A stretch of 63,985 bases of DNA, filler included, from Dimargaris cristalligena (taxonomy: Eukaryota), in assembly GCA_003614675.1 (NCBI GenBank). It is 5 parts of 5 records of this genome, joined end to end, with 100 filler letters (N's around TTAATTAATTAA, not from the genome) between each part and the next. Parts side by side here need not be neighbours in the genome. Positions count along the whole stretch, not along the records: positions 13,200 to 26,288 come from ML003005.1; 4 more parts are not named here. One strand, 5' to 3'. The position numbers and the translations under genes are program-made. Below, piece after piece: positions 13,200-26,388 of the stretch. The notes under the pieces were generated by a model. That model had not been told where the DNA came from. It made no database searches and was given only the letters and a program-made list of their open reading frames with translations. The number at the start of each line of letters is the position of its first letter. Within the stretch, counting starts at the first letter, position 1.

Positions 13200-14119
13200 C
13201 CCCCTTGCTGCCACCTCTTGGAACAGCAAGTCTATCATCACCTTTCCCTTTTATTATCTATCTTTTCAAATAAAGTTCAGTTTTCAAAGATTTGATTTCA
13301 GTTCTTTACACCTTCTAATCTGACTTAATCCAGATATAGTGATTGTCCATCCCTATTAGGTCTTATAGCACCATATTAACCTTCCCATGGTCACCCCCAG
13401 TACTATGGGATTGCCTTATATTACATAACCATTCTCCTTCTGGACTCCTTAGTTCACACTAATCACTCCCAGGTTAATCTGATGACTCTTCCAGTTCCCA
13501 ACAGAGTCTTCCAAGCCCTTACAACTGTCTGGTTGGCTTATTTATTATACCTTAGTCTTAGTAGTATCCTCCTTTGGGGACCTCCCTCTGGAGTTATCCC
13601 CTGCATATAGATAACTGGGCCCCATTGGGACTGGTTCAAGGCTTAGCTTATTCTTACCCCCTTAGTTTATCCCAATAAACTCTGTATATGCTCACCCCCC
13701 TTATATTAACTAGTAAGTGTGCTCCCTGCATGTACCTTGCCTGAACCTGTATTTATAGCCTTTATTAGTTAGTATTGTGCCCCCACCTAATGCTAGGACC
13801 TGCTTGGCCAAGTCTAAGCCCCATCTACCATTAGAAGCCTATCCTTGGGACTCTTGACAGACTAAGAGTAGTTAACCCAGGTGATATCCCTGTCAAACTG
13901 AACTATTATTGATCAAAACATGTTATTGATACTTATGGCTCATTATTGAATATACACTGCACTTCCTTAAAAAATATTATGATTCTCTACTTTTCATTGT
14001 TACTCCTAGGTGGGCCAGGCTAGTGAGCTAAGGGTCATATATATTGGAAATATAAATATGATGGTAAACACAAGTACCTTCAATTACAACTATAAAGATT
14101 TAAAGAATAGAGAAAGAAC
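13200..14119 (+). mobile_element. Degenerate CpG-free repeat/TE relic containing a diverged family B copy (about 13310-13500)
   Basis: No CG dinucleotide found by eye in 920 bp; shares TATAGCACCATATT and AGTTCACACTAATCACTC with family B. Confidence 0.65.
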
Positions 14120-16953
14120 CGCAAGGGGCAAAGCTAGATGCCTGTAGTTGGTTTTATTGTATTAGAAATAGCAATAATGATGATAAAAACGTTGTTTCAA
14201 ATATAGGGTGATATAATCATAGATAGAGAATAGTCCCGGGTATTAGGACGGACCAATCAGAGTAAAGGATTCGGAGGGGTGGGAGAAATGAATTTCTAAT
14301 AATATAGTGGCTGCCGTCGTTAGCCTTGCATCTGGATGGGTGAAACTCTCCTGAATGACAATTGCCCTTTCACTGTAATACAATATTAATTCACATTCCC
14401 GAAAATGCCGGAGACCGTCTCTAGTCGTAGAGTGCACTAATCTGGTGTTTGTGTTCATATCTATCTTATTGGCAGCGGCGGTTACCATTTCAGAAGTTTA
14501 GGTACTGGGAGGCTATGGTGGCTAATGCTTCTGCGAAAGGCTGAGCTTTGCCGTATGGTGTTAGAATGGGCTCTCGCCGAGCGGTGCAGGAATACCATTA
14601 TTAAAACGACCGCCAATAGAGTGCCCTCCTCTGAGTATTATTACTGTACTATTATAGTGGGCTCAGGGTACTGATAATAGATTTTGAGATTGGGTTTTGA
14701 TGTTTTATAATCCCAAGATTGGAGAGCTCCTGTGAATTGAGTAGCCACATAAAAGGGGCGGTGAACAGCGATATCAGCAGATATATCAGTGACGGTGATA
14801 TTGGTTATTTATATCATTAAATATGAATATTTACTGCATATGTTTCTAAACAGGCTTCTAAATTAGGCAAATTGTTTTCATTTAGATGGCTTCCGAGTAT
14901 ATCCACACAGCCAAAGAATGTCTATTGGCTGCTTTGTAGATATAAAAATCCGCTTTCTTGTTAGATTATGTTTGATAGGGGCAATTTTCTTCCGAATCGG
15001 CACCAGCTAAGTGTCTGACAATTCGGTTATTTACGGACAGATTATAGTAAATATAGGAAAATAAGTCTTTTAATCGAAGCTAAAATCCAAAGCCGAAATA
15101 CGCAGGGGTTTCAGTCCCAGTGATTATAACCTGCCCTTTTTTCAGTCCGGCTATTTTTCGAAATTTAACCCAATCAGGGTAAGTGGCGCTATGGATTACT
15201 TATGAACATCAATGTAATCAGTTGTCAGCTGTTGGCCCCGCCCATCTGCTGAATATTTATTATACCAATATATCCTAGGGAAGTTATATTATTGTATACC
15301 AATATCATTATCCAAGCAATTCGGTCAAATCACCTTACTAGCTCACCAATTTCAATTTAAAAACTAGCCAAAACTGTTGAATATCAATACAAGCTTCCGA
15401 TTTTGCTTTATGGACCTTGTAGACAGTATTTGGAACCGCTCAGTTCCCATGTCTAACTTACCATTCAATGTACCAATCGATCAATCGAACCAACCTCGAT
15501 CATTTTTCTATCAGCATCAATTCAATCCACAATCTACCCGTTAAAAAATCTATATACTTGCTTTGAATAGCATAAATGAAAAATCGGAAAGGACTGTTTC
15601 ATAATGACGAATGCCTCTGACAAATAGCCGTAAATCCGGTTTGAAACTGATCGACCTTATTCCAAGCATCATTGATTATGTTATGTTTCGCACCCGTATA
15701 CCTAACCCCTTGTGGATTTATGGTCGTTTCAAGATATTACCAACCCCACCCCCACCCTCTCTCAACTGTTTCATCGAATTGAACTCTTATACGGGCTTTC
15801 ACTTTGCCACACACTTCCTTCCACACCCATACGTTCACAGTCCTTGTTATTTTTAATTTGGGTGGATGATTGGGTATCGCTTACTCAATATTCGGCCATA
15901 CGCCAATTACAGCGTAGTTTAATATTGGTAGTATCCTCTGATGGGGGGACATTCTAGACCTGTTGAAATATAAATCGACCGAGAGGTCCAATATAGTGGA
16001 AAGTCGACTATTGGCTGTTCCCACATATAAGGCAAACCACGTTCTATACAATCTGCGAATGTACATAACAGGGGAGAGGGAGAGAGAGAGAGGATGGACA
16101 TAATTTCATAGACCAATTGGATGGAGCGGATACTGAAGTGACTTCACGGGTGCGACAGTTGCGCGAGTGGGTGGGTAATTTACCTACTCCGACCGAGATT
16201 TGTTACGGAAGGAGGCCATACAAAGCCATGCTGCACAACCTATGGGGTGGGTGTGGAAATGCCATGGGGGGTCAGGCAAACTAGATGCGGCACCTTGCAG
16301 TTCCAACCTGGCCAAAATACAAAACAATGGAAGGGGGCATACTCTCTGTCCACCTGTGGCTTCACTATCCGGGGCTGTCGTCATATTGAGTGAGTCGGTC
16401 TCGGCCCCGAGACTACCCGGCAGGGGGAATGCACGCTGTGAGAGTCTAGTTCGTGGTGAAGAAAGTGTTTGGGCGGGGGAGGGGGAAAGAAGAAGAGGCG
16501 GAGGAAGAGGAGATACATGCGGACGAAGTGACTATGCGAAACGCAGCACTTGTTCAGTTTGGCAGATCCTCGGCTCACTTGGTGATGAGTGCTAGTGGGT
16601 GGTTTTTTTTTTCATTAAGGCTGTGTTTAGGATGAGATAGTAGTATTTTGTGCAACCTCAATTGAACTAACCGGGCCATCCTAATGAAACACTCTGCACG
16701 GTGTGCTGACCCAAAATGAAATCAGGCTGGGCTAGGAAAGGGGTCGCTCTTTCTCTCTCTAGAGAGACCCCACGATGGCGTCTATATTTTTTTCTTCGCT
16801 AGAGCTACAAGATCGCCTGGCTACCAGTGTCTTTTAAAAAATGGTTGACAGTATCGCCAAACAGTAATTTAATTTAGATCACACTCTCCACTACCCCCCC
16901 TGTCTAGGGTGATAGAGGCGGAAATCCCAGGCCCATCTACGACATCAGGTGCC

Positions 16954-16955
<2 letters not shown>

Positions 16956-16984
<29 letters not shown>
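16956..16984. repeat. (TA)n microsatellite
   Basis: About 14 TA units. Confidence 0.9.
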
Positions 16985-16987
<3 letters not shown>

Positions 16988-18653
16988 TGGCCTTAGACCA
17001 CCTGCACTGGCTAGCTCTTCTGGTTGTCCATATTTGTTATTAGCTTCATTTTTTGCCTACCTGTTTTCTAGCCTATTCACATTCTGCAATTTTATATATT
17101 TTAAATATATTGTGTCCCCGAGTATAGTATAGCCTACGTGGTACACACTTTTTTTATGTATAATTGCTATTTCTTCGTTGAGTTATGTCCATTATTTTAC
17201 TACCTATTAATATACTTGGACTTAGCCTGGGGATACTTGTCTGGATAAGATAATTTACAGGTTTTATATTTCGTTATTTGACAGCCATTTTACTCAATAT
17301 CGTTATGCCTTTTTGGATGGGGACAATTGTGCCGCTGAGATTTATTTTTGAGACCATATTGCCGGGCGGGAGTTTAAAATTTTCCCAGACATATATTTAT
17401 ATTCCCACCATGGTATATATTTATGCCCATGGGACATTATTTGTACCATTCGAAAATTGACATCAACTATCATTTAGGCTTTCCCTTGTCATTGTATCAG
17501 ACCAATTTCATCAGCAATATCATCCCATATCGTTATTACCAGGCATTCCCCCTTTACTACTACTATTGGTTCAGTATAGGAGGAGTTGACTCTGCTGGCC
17601 AGGGTGTACCTCATATTTTCCGAGTGGGTCGGCTTTTTATTTGATTGATCCATCTGCAAGCGGGAGGGGGGAGTTTTTGGGCTAGAACAGTAGTGTATCT
17701 CATCTATTTATTGGTCGGGATTTCTCGGTTGAAGAGTATATATTGGGTTGTGCTTCTAGCACTGCACTTCGCTACTGTGTCCATTACCGAATTACCGGTC
17801 TCCTGCATATACACCATCCACTTGCTCCACCGGTTGCCTTTGATCCAAACCGGTCGTCACTGCCCCTTCTACGACGGCCACTAGGCCTTTCCTTCTCCTC
17901 TATTATCTAGTGTCTTGATCCCCCTCTTTGGCTTCCTCGTGCCTGTTATCCTCTCGTCTTCCTCCCCGTCCTTCGATCTGCGGGTGGCGTACCAGTGGTT
18001 AAAACAGGGTGGCTCCCTTTCCATCCCTACGTACTTCCTCCATTGCTCTGACTGTCGGGGGTTCGTTGATTCTATACCCTACTATTGCTTTCTTGTCCAG
18101 AATACCCTCCCTCCCTCTTTCCGACACTGCACCTCTCTTCGCGAGACTCGTGCCATTACTACCCCACCCCTCTTTTATCATCCCCCCTTCGACTTTAACC
18201 GCTCTCCTACTCAAGACCTCCTTTCGCTTAGCTGTAGTTTTTTTCACCCCCCCCATATCTACCTAATTCTTTTACTTGCCGTGGCATTGTGTCCTTCATA
18301 CTCCGCTAGTTAGTTAGTATACACCCTTCCCCCCTCGCCTGACTCGATTGTGCCCAGCCGACCTCGTCCCTGGTGTGCTGCGTTTCTTGTGGTGGTGTTT
18401 CCTGTTAGTCTCGTGGGCTTGCGAGTCTTTCCGTTCCGTCAGCCTGCAGTGGTGAATGGTTCAGCCCCTCCTGTCGACTCCCTCCCCTTCTTCCGTTCCG
18501 CCGTTTGCCTAACCTCGCCATTAACCCTCTTTCTTCGTCTGCAGTCGTTGGGTCGCTAACCCCCCTCCCCTTTGACTAGAATTGTCCCTTTTGTACTCGT
18601 TTTTTCAGGTTTGGACCCGCCTCGCTGCAACAAGGGTATACCGGCCGTCTCCC

Positions 18654-18686
18654 TCTCTCTCTCTCTCCCTCTCTCTCTCTCTCTCT
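18654..18686 (+). repeat. Imperfect (CT)n microsatellite upstream of the bZIP gene
   Basis: ctctctctctctccctctctctctctctct. Confidence 0.85.
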
Positions 18687-19516
18687 TTATCCACCACTTG
18701 TCCCTATTTCCCCGCTGCCCCCTCGGCCCGTGTCCCCCTTCGTTTGAAACATTGTGCAGCCCTTGGTTAACCACCTTCTCCCTGGGACTTGCGTACCACC
18801 GGTAAGTGAGTATGGGCGACCCTTATCGGGCTATATAGCCCCGGGCCAGTCTCTATGGATGGGGAGGGTGTTGCCGGGTCGGACAAAAGCCCCGCTTGTC
18901 GGCGGGTCCTCCACCAGCAGCAGTGTGCGACTTACTTATAACTAGTTGGAAGACCGGGTAGTTGCAGGTGTTGTTGTGACAAGACCACCTCACTACCACA
19001 CCGGGCGGGTATGGCTTATATATGGGGTCCTGCCCGCACCAGTCCTTAGGCTCTTTTTTCCACGCTATCACCTCCCCAGGAGCCGCGCCGACTTTCAGCA
19101 ACCGCGAGTTTCCTGCTTGACTCGTGCACCCTTTAAAAGAACAACTCTCTCCCTCTCTTTGTAAACTTTTACCACTTCAAAGCGGCGGACTTTTCGACTC
19201 TGTTGTTAAGCCGCTCACCCACTGACTGCTACTAACTTCGCCCTACCAATGTGTGTGTGTGTTCCTCTCTTCCCCCACACCTAGGCGAGGAGGTCTCTCA
19301 TTCCTTTTGCTTCACCTGTGTCATTCCTTCCTCTCTCTCTCACTCGCGCAGTCCGTCATATGGTCCACTTTTATTCCCAGCGGGTCCATTAACTTCCCCA
19401 CCCACCTTATCTCTCTCACTTCGTTTTCCTCCCGCTTCCATACTCAGTCTCTCTTATCCCTCAGTCAGTGTGTCTACCGCGTCTTTTCCTGCCCCCCTCC
19501 CTCCCCACTTCTCTAT

Positions 19517-21757
19517 ATGGCATCACCCAAGCCTCTCGGGGATTCGGCCCCCCCTGCCGAGAACCCTCCTCGTCCTTCTTCTCCTCCTCCCAATTCTGGT
19601 TCGGACGTCCCTCTCCCTAGTTTCCTTCGTCCTGGTCTAGTTTTACCCCCATTACGCCGTTTCGGCAAACCATCTCACATACCCGTCCAGACTACTAAAT
19701 TACCCGACTTTATCGAGTCTGCGAGACTCGCTGATGGTTCGGCCGTCCCCAAGTCTCCTTCACCAGTAAGTCGTATTCCCTCGCTCTCTATCTATAATCC
19801 ATGCATATCCCGCTGGATTATGTGTATTACTGCCTATCTCTGGCTACCCTGTGCAGGCTCCACTCCGCTGTGCATTATTGGACTGGTGTGGACTCGGCCT
19901 AGGCTGTGCTATTGGTGGTCCTGCTGGATAATCCCGCATTGGTATGTGCGCCTCACCAACTCCACTCCCACCACCACTGCACATAGTGGTCGTAATTCCC
20001 GTATACCACCGTAATTGGTATACGTACACACACATATATATATACATATATCTACACGGCGTCTTTTTTTCGTAGCCAGTCACTATAGTAATAATACTTC
20101 CACCTTGTTTTATCTACCCCCTCTATACCTTACTTTAAGACGCCACTTAGTGATATACCGAGGCCGGCAACTGAGGCGCTCTCAAAGTTAGTGGTAAGTT
20201 ACTACCAATATCCCATATGTTAATTCAAAGTGAGTTGTGTCTATTTATTAGTAATTATAGCTTTGTGTTTTATCCCAGCAGTAAACCGCCACATTACCGG
20301 TCCTTTCCCCCTATTATCTAGATAATACCACTCCTCCGGGCCTGGTACCGGAATTACCTCATTATGCGACGTTACTGATATAGAATCTGTGGCTCCGCTG
20401 CCTACGTATCTGATTATCATCCTAATCAGAAATATCCCTCACCGCCGAAGAATTCACGCAATATCCCCATTCGGACTGCCGTACCGTTGCCACTGGACCC
20501 ACCATCACAACCCCAATCCCTCCCCGGCTTCTCACCCGAGCCTCTATCGTCCGTTCAAATCTTTGGCCGCCAAATCCCCTCATCTCCACTATTATCCATC
20601 ACCGAACCGCCCGAATTCATCCCCATTCCAGTTAAAATACCCCCATCTCCGTCTCGTGGGCGCATGCCTGTAACGCCGATCCCCCCTTATATTCCCGAGC
20701 TTTTACTAATCAACCACCGTGCTGCTGATCTGAAGAATTCCCGGATTTTACCGGTAACGAGGAATTTACTACCCGTATACCCTCCGGTTAGCGGCCACGT
20801 CCCTATCCCCACCGTCTCATCACTAGCTACCCATCATCACCTAATAGCCCAGACCCCCCCTACCGTACCTACTAATAATACCGCCACCTCCACGGCCACA
20901 ACCACCACCGCTGTCACTTCTACTGCCACTGCCACTGCTACTGGCACGTCTATCGCAACCCCCTCCACTTCGGCTGCTCGACCCCGGTTGTCCCAGAAAC
21001 CCAAATCGCACGGCTCATTTCGATATTACAGTGAAATGGAACATATTCCGCCCGATCCCGAAGAGGAACAGCGCAAGAGGGACAAGCGCCGCGAACAGAA
21101 CAAGAACGCCTCCAAACAGTTCCGTGAGCGTAAGAAGTCCGAAATGCAACGGCAACGGAAGTTTCAGCAGGAACAACAGGCCAGGGTCGAATTCTACATC
21201 CAACAGGTGGTACACCTACAGGCCCATATCAAGGAGATCCAGGGTAGAGGGGGCGGGGTGGCCCAGATGCCTTTGCCCGATGAGATACTCGATAATCCCG
21301 CCCTATTGAGTACTCTGCAGGGTCCGAATCCCCCCGATAAGGTTTACCGTAACCCTAGCACCATGTCCATGGATGATGTTCGAGAGGAGATTGCGCATCT
21401 TGAGCGCAAAAACAAAGAGCTTCGCCTGATTAATGCCGAAGTTGACACTAATGTAAGTTGTACCACATATTATACGTTTGCTATATATGTAACTGCTTAA
21501 AGAATCGGACATCTTGAATGTGCTGGGGTTACCAAGTAACTGTATAAGAACCCCTGGTATTTCTTTATTTGATAGTATCATTAATCGCCTAAATTCCTTG
21601 ATCTCTCTGTTTTTGTCATCTATATACCTATATATATATATAGGTGTCAAATCTCCGCAGTCAATTAGAGCTTATGTCTAGTAGTGGGGCAAATGAAATG
21701 TCCGAAGGTCACCCTGGTCCACCAGAAGAATCTCGGTCTCGTTTAGAGACGGGCTAG
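19517..21757 (+). CDS. bZIP transcription factor; predicted exons 19517-19765, 20140-20193, 20430-21452, 21644-21757
   Basis: Basic region RKRDKRREQNKNASKQFRERKK (N-x7-R) followed by a coiled coil. All junctions are phase 0 with GTAAGT donors (19766, 20194, 21453) and AG acceptors (20139, 20429, 21643). The last exon reads VSNLRSQLELM...ETG*. Confidence 0.85.
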
Positions 21758-23356
21758 TGAGGTCCCACCAAAATTTGAAGGTCCCTGCTCATTTTATTAT
21801 TATTGAATATTGCCTTTGGGATCCGTGACTGCTGATTAGTCTGCAGGCTACTACCACAGTTGTCCGCCAAATAACCTTAACTAATTTATCTTTATCGATA
21901 TTATTGCAAATTGGATATCAGTACTTCATTTAACTTTATATTCGGAGAGTCATTCAATCAGTCTAATTGTCTCGGCATCTACGGGGACGTTTGATCCGTC
22001 GGTTTTGGTACCAGGTGTTATTTACCAACCTTTGATATGTTTGTTGCACAGTTATTGTCATTGTTAAATTAACAATCAAGTACCCCTTTCCACCCACCCT
22101 CTATCATTTACTAGCTTGGTTTTATTTCGCTACCTATTATTACAAGTAATGTCCCCGCTTAATTGGACTATGTTAGCTACGTGGATTTTTCCAATCCAGT
22201 TATTCTTGTGGTTCTCGGCAGTTCTTTATATACCGCCTTTTCTTACCCTTCCCCCACTGTCTTTGGTCAATGGGATTGAAAGTCGAAAGTTTAGGTGGGT
22301 AAACACATGGTACACCCGTTTCAATAAAAACATCGATTTGGGTGAGGGGAACCTTTTTTTTACTTGGAACGGTCCACATGGGTAGACTAAGCTTTTCAAT
22401 GTTCATGATGTATATTTTACGCGAAATGAATACTTTACTTCACCCCACACTCCCCTTTAAGCTTCTACTAAATGTCATGAATCCCGGGGAAGATTGATTC
22501 ACCGGGCAGCAAAGTCCCTCTCAAAGAATAGGAAGAAAAAACTTACTTGTGCGTAGTAAGGCATTTCTTATAGATTTATAGGGTGGTTGCATTTGCACAC
22601 TTTGTTGCCCACGACCGACTGATACGGTATGATATCCACCACATTTGCTGATCATATTTGAGTTATACAATTTTTAATTAAAGATTAATTGCTCTTAACC
22701 AGTTATTTATTTTGTTTTAATCGGTTTTCGCCATTATCCTATTGTCTGAGCATTCTAGTTGTCAAATGAATCGAGGTCGCTATTGCTGCGTTTTTCACTA
22801 ATGTCGGTAGTTGGATTTGAGTATATAGACCCATAGCTCTTATGTGTCAGGCAAGTGGCTTCTTTATCATCAAATCGGCACTTTACTAGCAATTTCCCTA
22901 TAGTTTTCGCAGTCAGCCGTAGGCCACGTGTATATTCTTAACCCATTCTATAATTAGCCATGCCAATAGTTATTATTATCGAGGGTGTTAATTGTTCATC
23001 CTTAGTGGTGGTAGCTGCTATACAGTTTAGGAACTACCTACTCCTATTTGCTTCCGGTGGAACCCCCTCTCTTCACCTTAGACTGAATCGTTGACTCCAA
23101 AACCCTACCCCCCCCTTCCTGCTTTAACTCATAGGAAAATCTCGGGAGTGACTTTCGTCCCGCCGTTCATCCCTCCCCACCAAAGTCGGCGGACCCGATC
23201 TATAAGATCCCCTCTAAATATACCCTCGCGAAATAATTCTTAGCGTTCTTTATATATTGGTCCTACGGGGCCAGGTTGCAAATTATATATCTCGCTAACT
23301 AATAAGTAGACGTCGCACCAGTTGGGTGGATTGGTTTTCTTCCATGGTGTGTAAAA

Positions 23357-23500
23357 ATATGGGTGAAATTCGGCCCAGCTATATAAGGGTTTACATTATA
23401 CGTGTATGGGAAAATATATGGGAAATGTATTTTTAACTAGTAATAGTGGCCGAATCTAATGGATTTTTCGTTATACAGCTTGGATGAGCTTCTCCCATAT
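23357..23500 (+). mobile_element. MITE family A, copy 2
   Basis: ATATGGGTGAAATTCGGCCCAGCTATATAA...TTATACAGCTTGGATGAGCTTCTCCCATAT, 144 bp. Confidence 0.85.
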
Positions 23501-23921
23501 CAAACTGGATGATTGTGACCAATAGACTTGCGAGGCAACTGTTTTATTGGGAAAATGATAATGCTGCTAGTACTAACTCAAATATATATATCATATGCAA
23601 TGATGACTAATGAATAATGGGTATAATTGGATAATACATAGGTGTAGGAGTCACCTTGCTAAGGAAAGGACGAAAAAAACGAGTGGGCATGCAGCGAGTG
23701 TAATCAACACAACTCTATATAAACATATGCGGGCAATTTAATAGTCAATTAGCTCCTGACCAACCCCACCGGGAAATATCCTCACATACATGTCCTCCTC
23801 TATGTATATATGTAGGTATATTATGAGGGGAAAAGAAAAAGACCTGGGCCAGCCAAAGTAAAAGAAAGGGCCCCCACATCCTCCTTACGCCGCCCTAACG
23901 AGATGAAAATTTATCCATCTA

Positions 23922-24158
23922 CTACTTTTTCTTGGAACTGAGTAAACTACCCGCTGCTTTTACACCTTTCCATGCCAACCTAGCCCCTGTCACAAGAGCA
24001 GGGAGAAAACGCCGCTCGAGGTGAGCGGGCGTGGTAGGTTGAACGGCATTAATGACAGCGGATGGGGAAGGCAGGGGGTGGGCCAAAGTCGGGGAGTTGA
24101 AAAGGGCGTAGGTGGCCATGCAAAAGCATAGGGTAATCAGGCGAATGAGAAACAACAT
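23922..24158 (-). CDS. Secreted prepro-peptide: signal peptide, pro-region, LERR dibasic site, 28-aa cationic amphipathic peptide
   Basis: Hydrophobic N-terminus with a likely TLA|HP signal cleavage; P/S/T/A-rich pro-piece ending HLERR; mature FLPALVTGARLAWKGVKAAGSLLSSKKK; TA-rich TATA-like element at about 24429-24440. Confidence 0.78.
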   Translation of the reverse strand: MLFLIRLITLCFCMATYALFNSPTLAHPLPSPSAVINAVQPTTPAHLERRFLPALVTGARLAWKGVKAAGSLLSSKKK

Positions 24159-26108
24159 TGCATATGTCTTTAGGGGTGTTAAAACAGCCGGTTCCGTTGG
24201 AGAGAGGATATGATATACACCTAAGTTGGGGTGGTGGGGAGGAAGGGGACTGAAAATTGGGAATAGGTAATGGATAGTGGATAGCGAGGATGAAAAATGT
24301 GGTGCAGCGTAATGGGAGGCGGATGAGCAGTGGGAGCGAAAATGCTAGCGGAGATGAATAGCAAAAAATGGGTGAATGGAATCTATGAAATGGAGTTGAT
24401 GCTAAAAGCTTGAGGGGAGAGGGGCATCTATATATATAAATAGCTAAATCACCAGGTGATATATACTTGTATGGTTGAATGGGCTGAGGAAGATTTACTG
24501 GGACAAGTTGAAGCTGTTGCGTATTGGAAAAAGCAAGGGTGCGAGCGGAGCGGAGCGAAGAGGGGGAGTGAGATGAGCCATCGAACAAGGGAGAAGGTCT
24601 CCTATCAGCTGAGATACATACAATATAAATGATTTACTACTGGTATAGCCGTTGCATTCTTCCGAACTCGGCCCCCCGTTTTGCTGTAATGCATGTCGAC
24701 AGTGATATTTAGGCTGTGATTATAACACCAGATAGGCCAACGAAAACACGTCTCAATAACAAAATATTAATATTCTTGCCCATATTTTCAACCACCTCCC
24801 CCACCTCCTCCCTACATGTTGAAGGGACTTTGGGGAAACTAACATCCTCTTCTTCGAAGAAATATAACACCGCTTTAATTTACCCCAATATACGGCGGAT
24901 GTACACTCTTTGTTAACCGGGCAATCCGCCCATTATTTACAAAAAGGTGAAAGGAGAGCTTAAAAAGCATTCGACGGAGGGAGGTAGGGAGGGGACATGG
25001 GGGCATTATCGCTCCTCCTGTTGTCGGAGGGGACGAACGGAAAATGTACCAATAGGCGGCTTGCCGATCGATACATATCTACGATTGAGGTTTTTTTAGG
25101 ACACGAGAGCCCCTCACAATCCACCACCAGTCTGTCGACGAGGACTTGCTTCAGCTAACCCAGCCAATTTATTTGGAGATTATTGGGACTAGACATCCAC
25201 TGCTGGCCACAAATTATAATATATACTTTAGGGCTAGGGAGACCGCCCACCAGCCGAGCTTCAAACTAATCGAGTCGGAGGGTTTTTAACGACGGTATAT
25301 GGCCGAGTTTTGTTGGCCTGATCGAATAATTCTCTCTCTCTCTCTATGTGTGTGTGTATAAGGGAGGAGGGACATTGGCTATATCCCCGGGCCCTTGGTC
25401 GCGGATACCTCACCGAATGCTTCTAGTAGGGTGGTGTTGGAGAAGGTAGGTCGAATGCAGGAATAGACTCCATCGAATAAACCGCCTGTCTTTCCTTACG
25501 AAATTGTAAACCAATTTGGCTGAAGTAGGAAGAGGGGATGTGGTAATAAACACAGCGCGACATTTGGTCAGAACCAATAAAAGTTAACTCAAATAACCAG
25601 CGTATATCATTTGAATCTTGACTGCTGCCCTATAATGGCGGAATACGCTGCAGGTTAGTACAACCTGTAATTTGCCAAGCAGGTATAGATCTAACCTCAT
25701 TGTGACTATGTATTTATACGTGGAAGTCCGCCGCTGAGGAAAATACTCAGTCTCGCATAAATTTGAATCGAAGCAGTACGGTATATTTCATATATAATTA
25801 CTATTTTTTTGCAACAGAGGTATTCACCCCAACAGAAATTATTAGGGTGCTTCATACACTGACCCTCCCCACCCGAGTCTAAGGGGCGACAACTCTACCA
25901 GCCATCTCCCAATATTGCATTACACTATACAACCACTCCTACTCTGGCCCACACCCCTAGCTATATACCCGGTACTTGGGGTATAGGGCAAAAGTAGAGG
26001 TAGTCTGTCTACAAGATCCCAGACCCTTCCTGGGATTCAGATAGCCAAGACATACCCCCCCCCCCGCCTGCCCTACAATGACTTTCTCCAAGATCAATGA
26101 TTCATGTC

Positions 26109-26288
26109 TGTTACCCCTCCTAATCCATCCTAATCCAACCGATATGACCGCCGTCATATCAGGCCGTATAGCGCTATATTGTACCCCCCGGCCCTAATAA
26201 GGCCGAGCATCATTGATATCCCCTTACTGGCCGGGCCTCCCGGAGTTCGCACTAATCACTCGTAGGTGATCCTAGTGCCTTCCAATTC
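26109..26288 (+). repeat. Repeat family B, copy 2 (runs into contig end)
   Basis: Aligns to 12969-13099 and, more distantly, to 13310-13500. Confidence 0.85.
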
Positions 26289-26388
26289 NNNNNNNNNNNN
26301 NNNNNNNNNNNNNNNNNNNNNNNNNNNNNNNNTTAATTAATTAANNNNNNNNNNNNNNNNNNNNNNNNNNNNNNNNNNNNNNNNNNNN
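26289..26388. other. Artificial contig-joining linker
   Basis: N44-TTAATTAATTAA-N44. Confidence 0.97.

Noticed and set aside
19253-20014. 253-aa ORF as a separate gene
   Set aside because: Only 19517-19765 looks coding, as exon 1 of the bZIP gene; the rest is leader and intron read-through
24049-24588. 179-aa minus-strand ORF overlapping the peptide gene
   Set aside because: Non-ATG start and low-complexity translation of the pyrimidine-rich promoter and UTR
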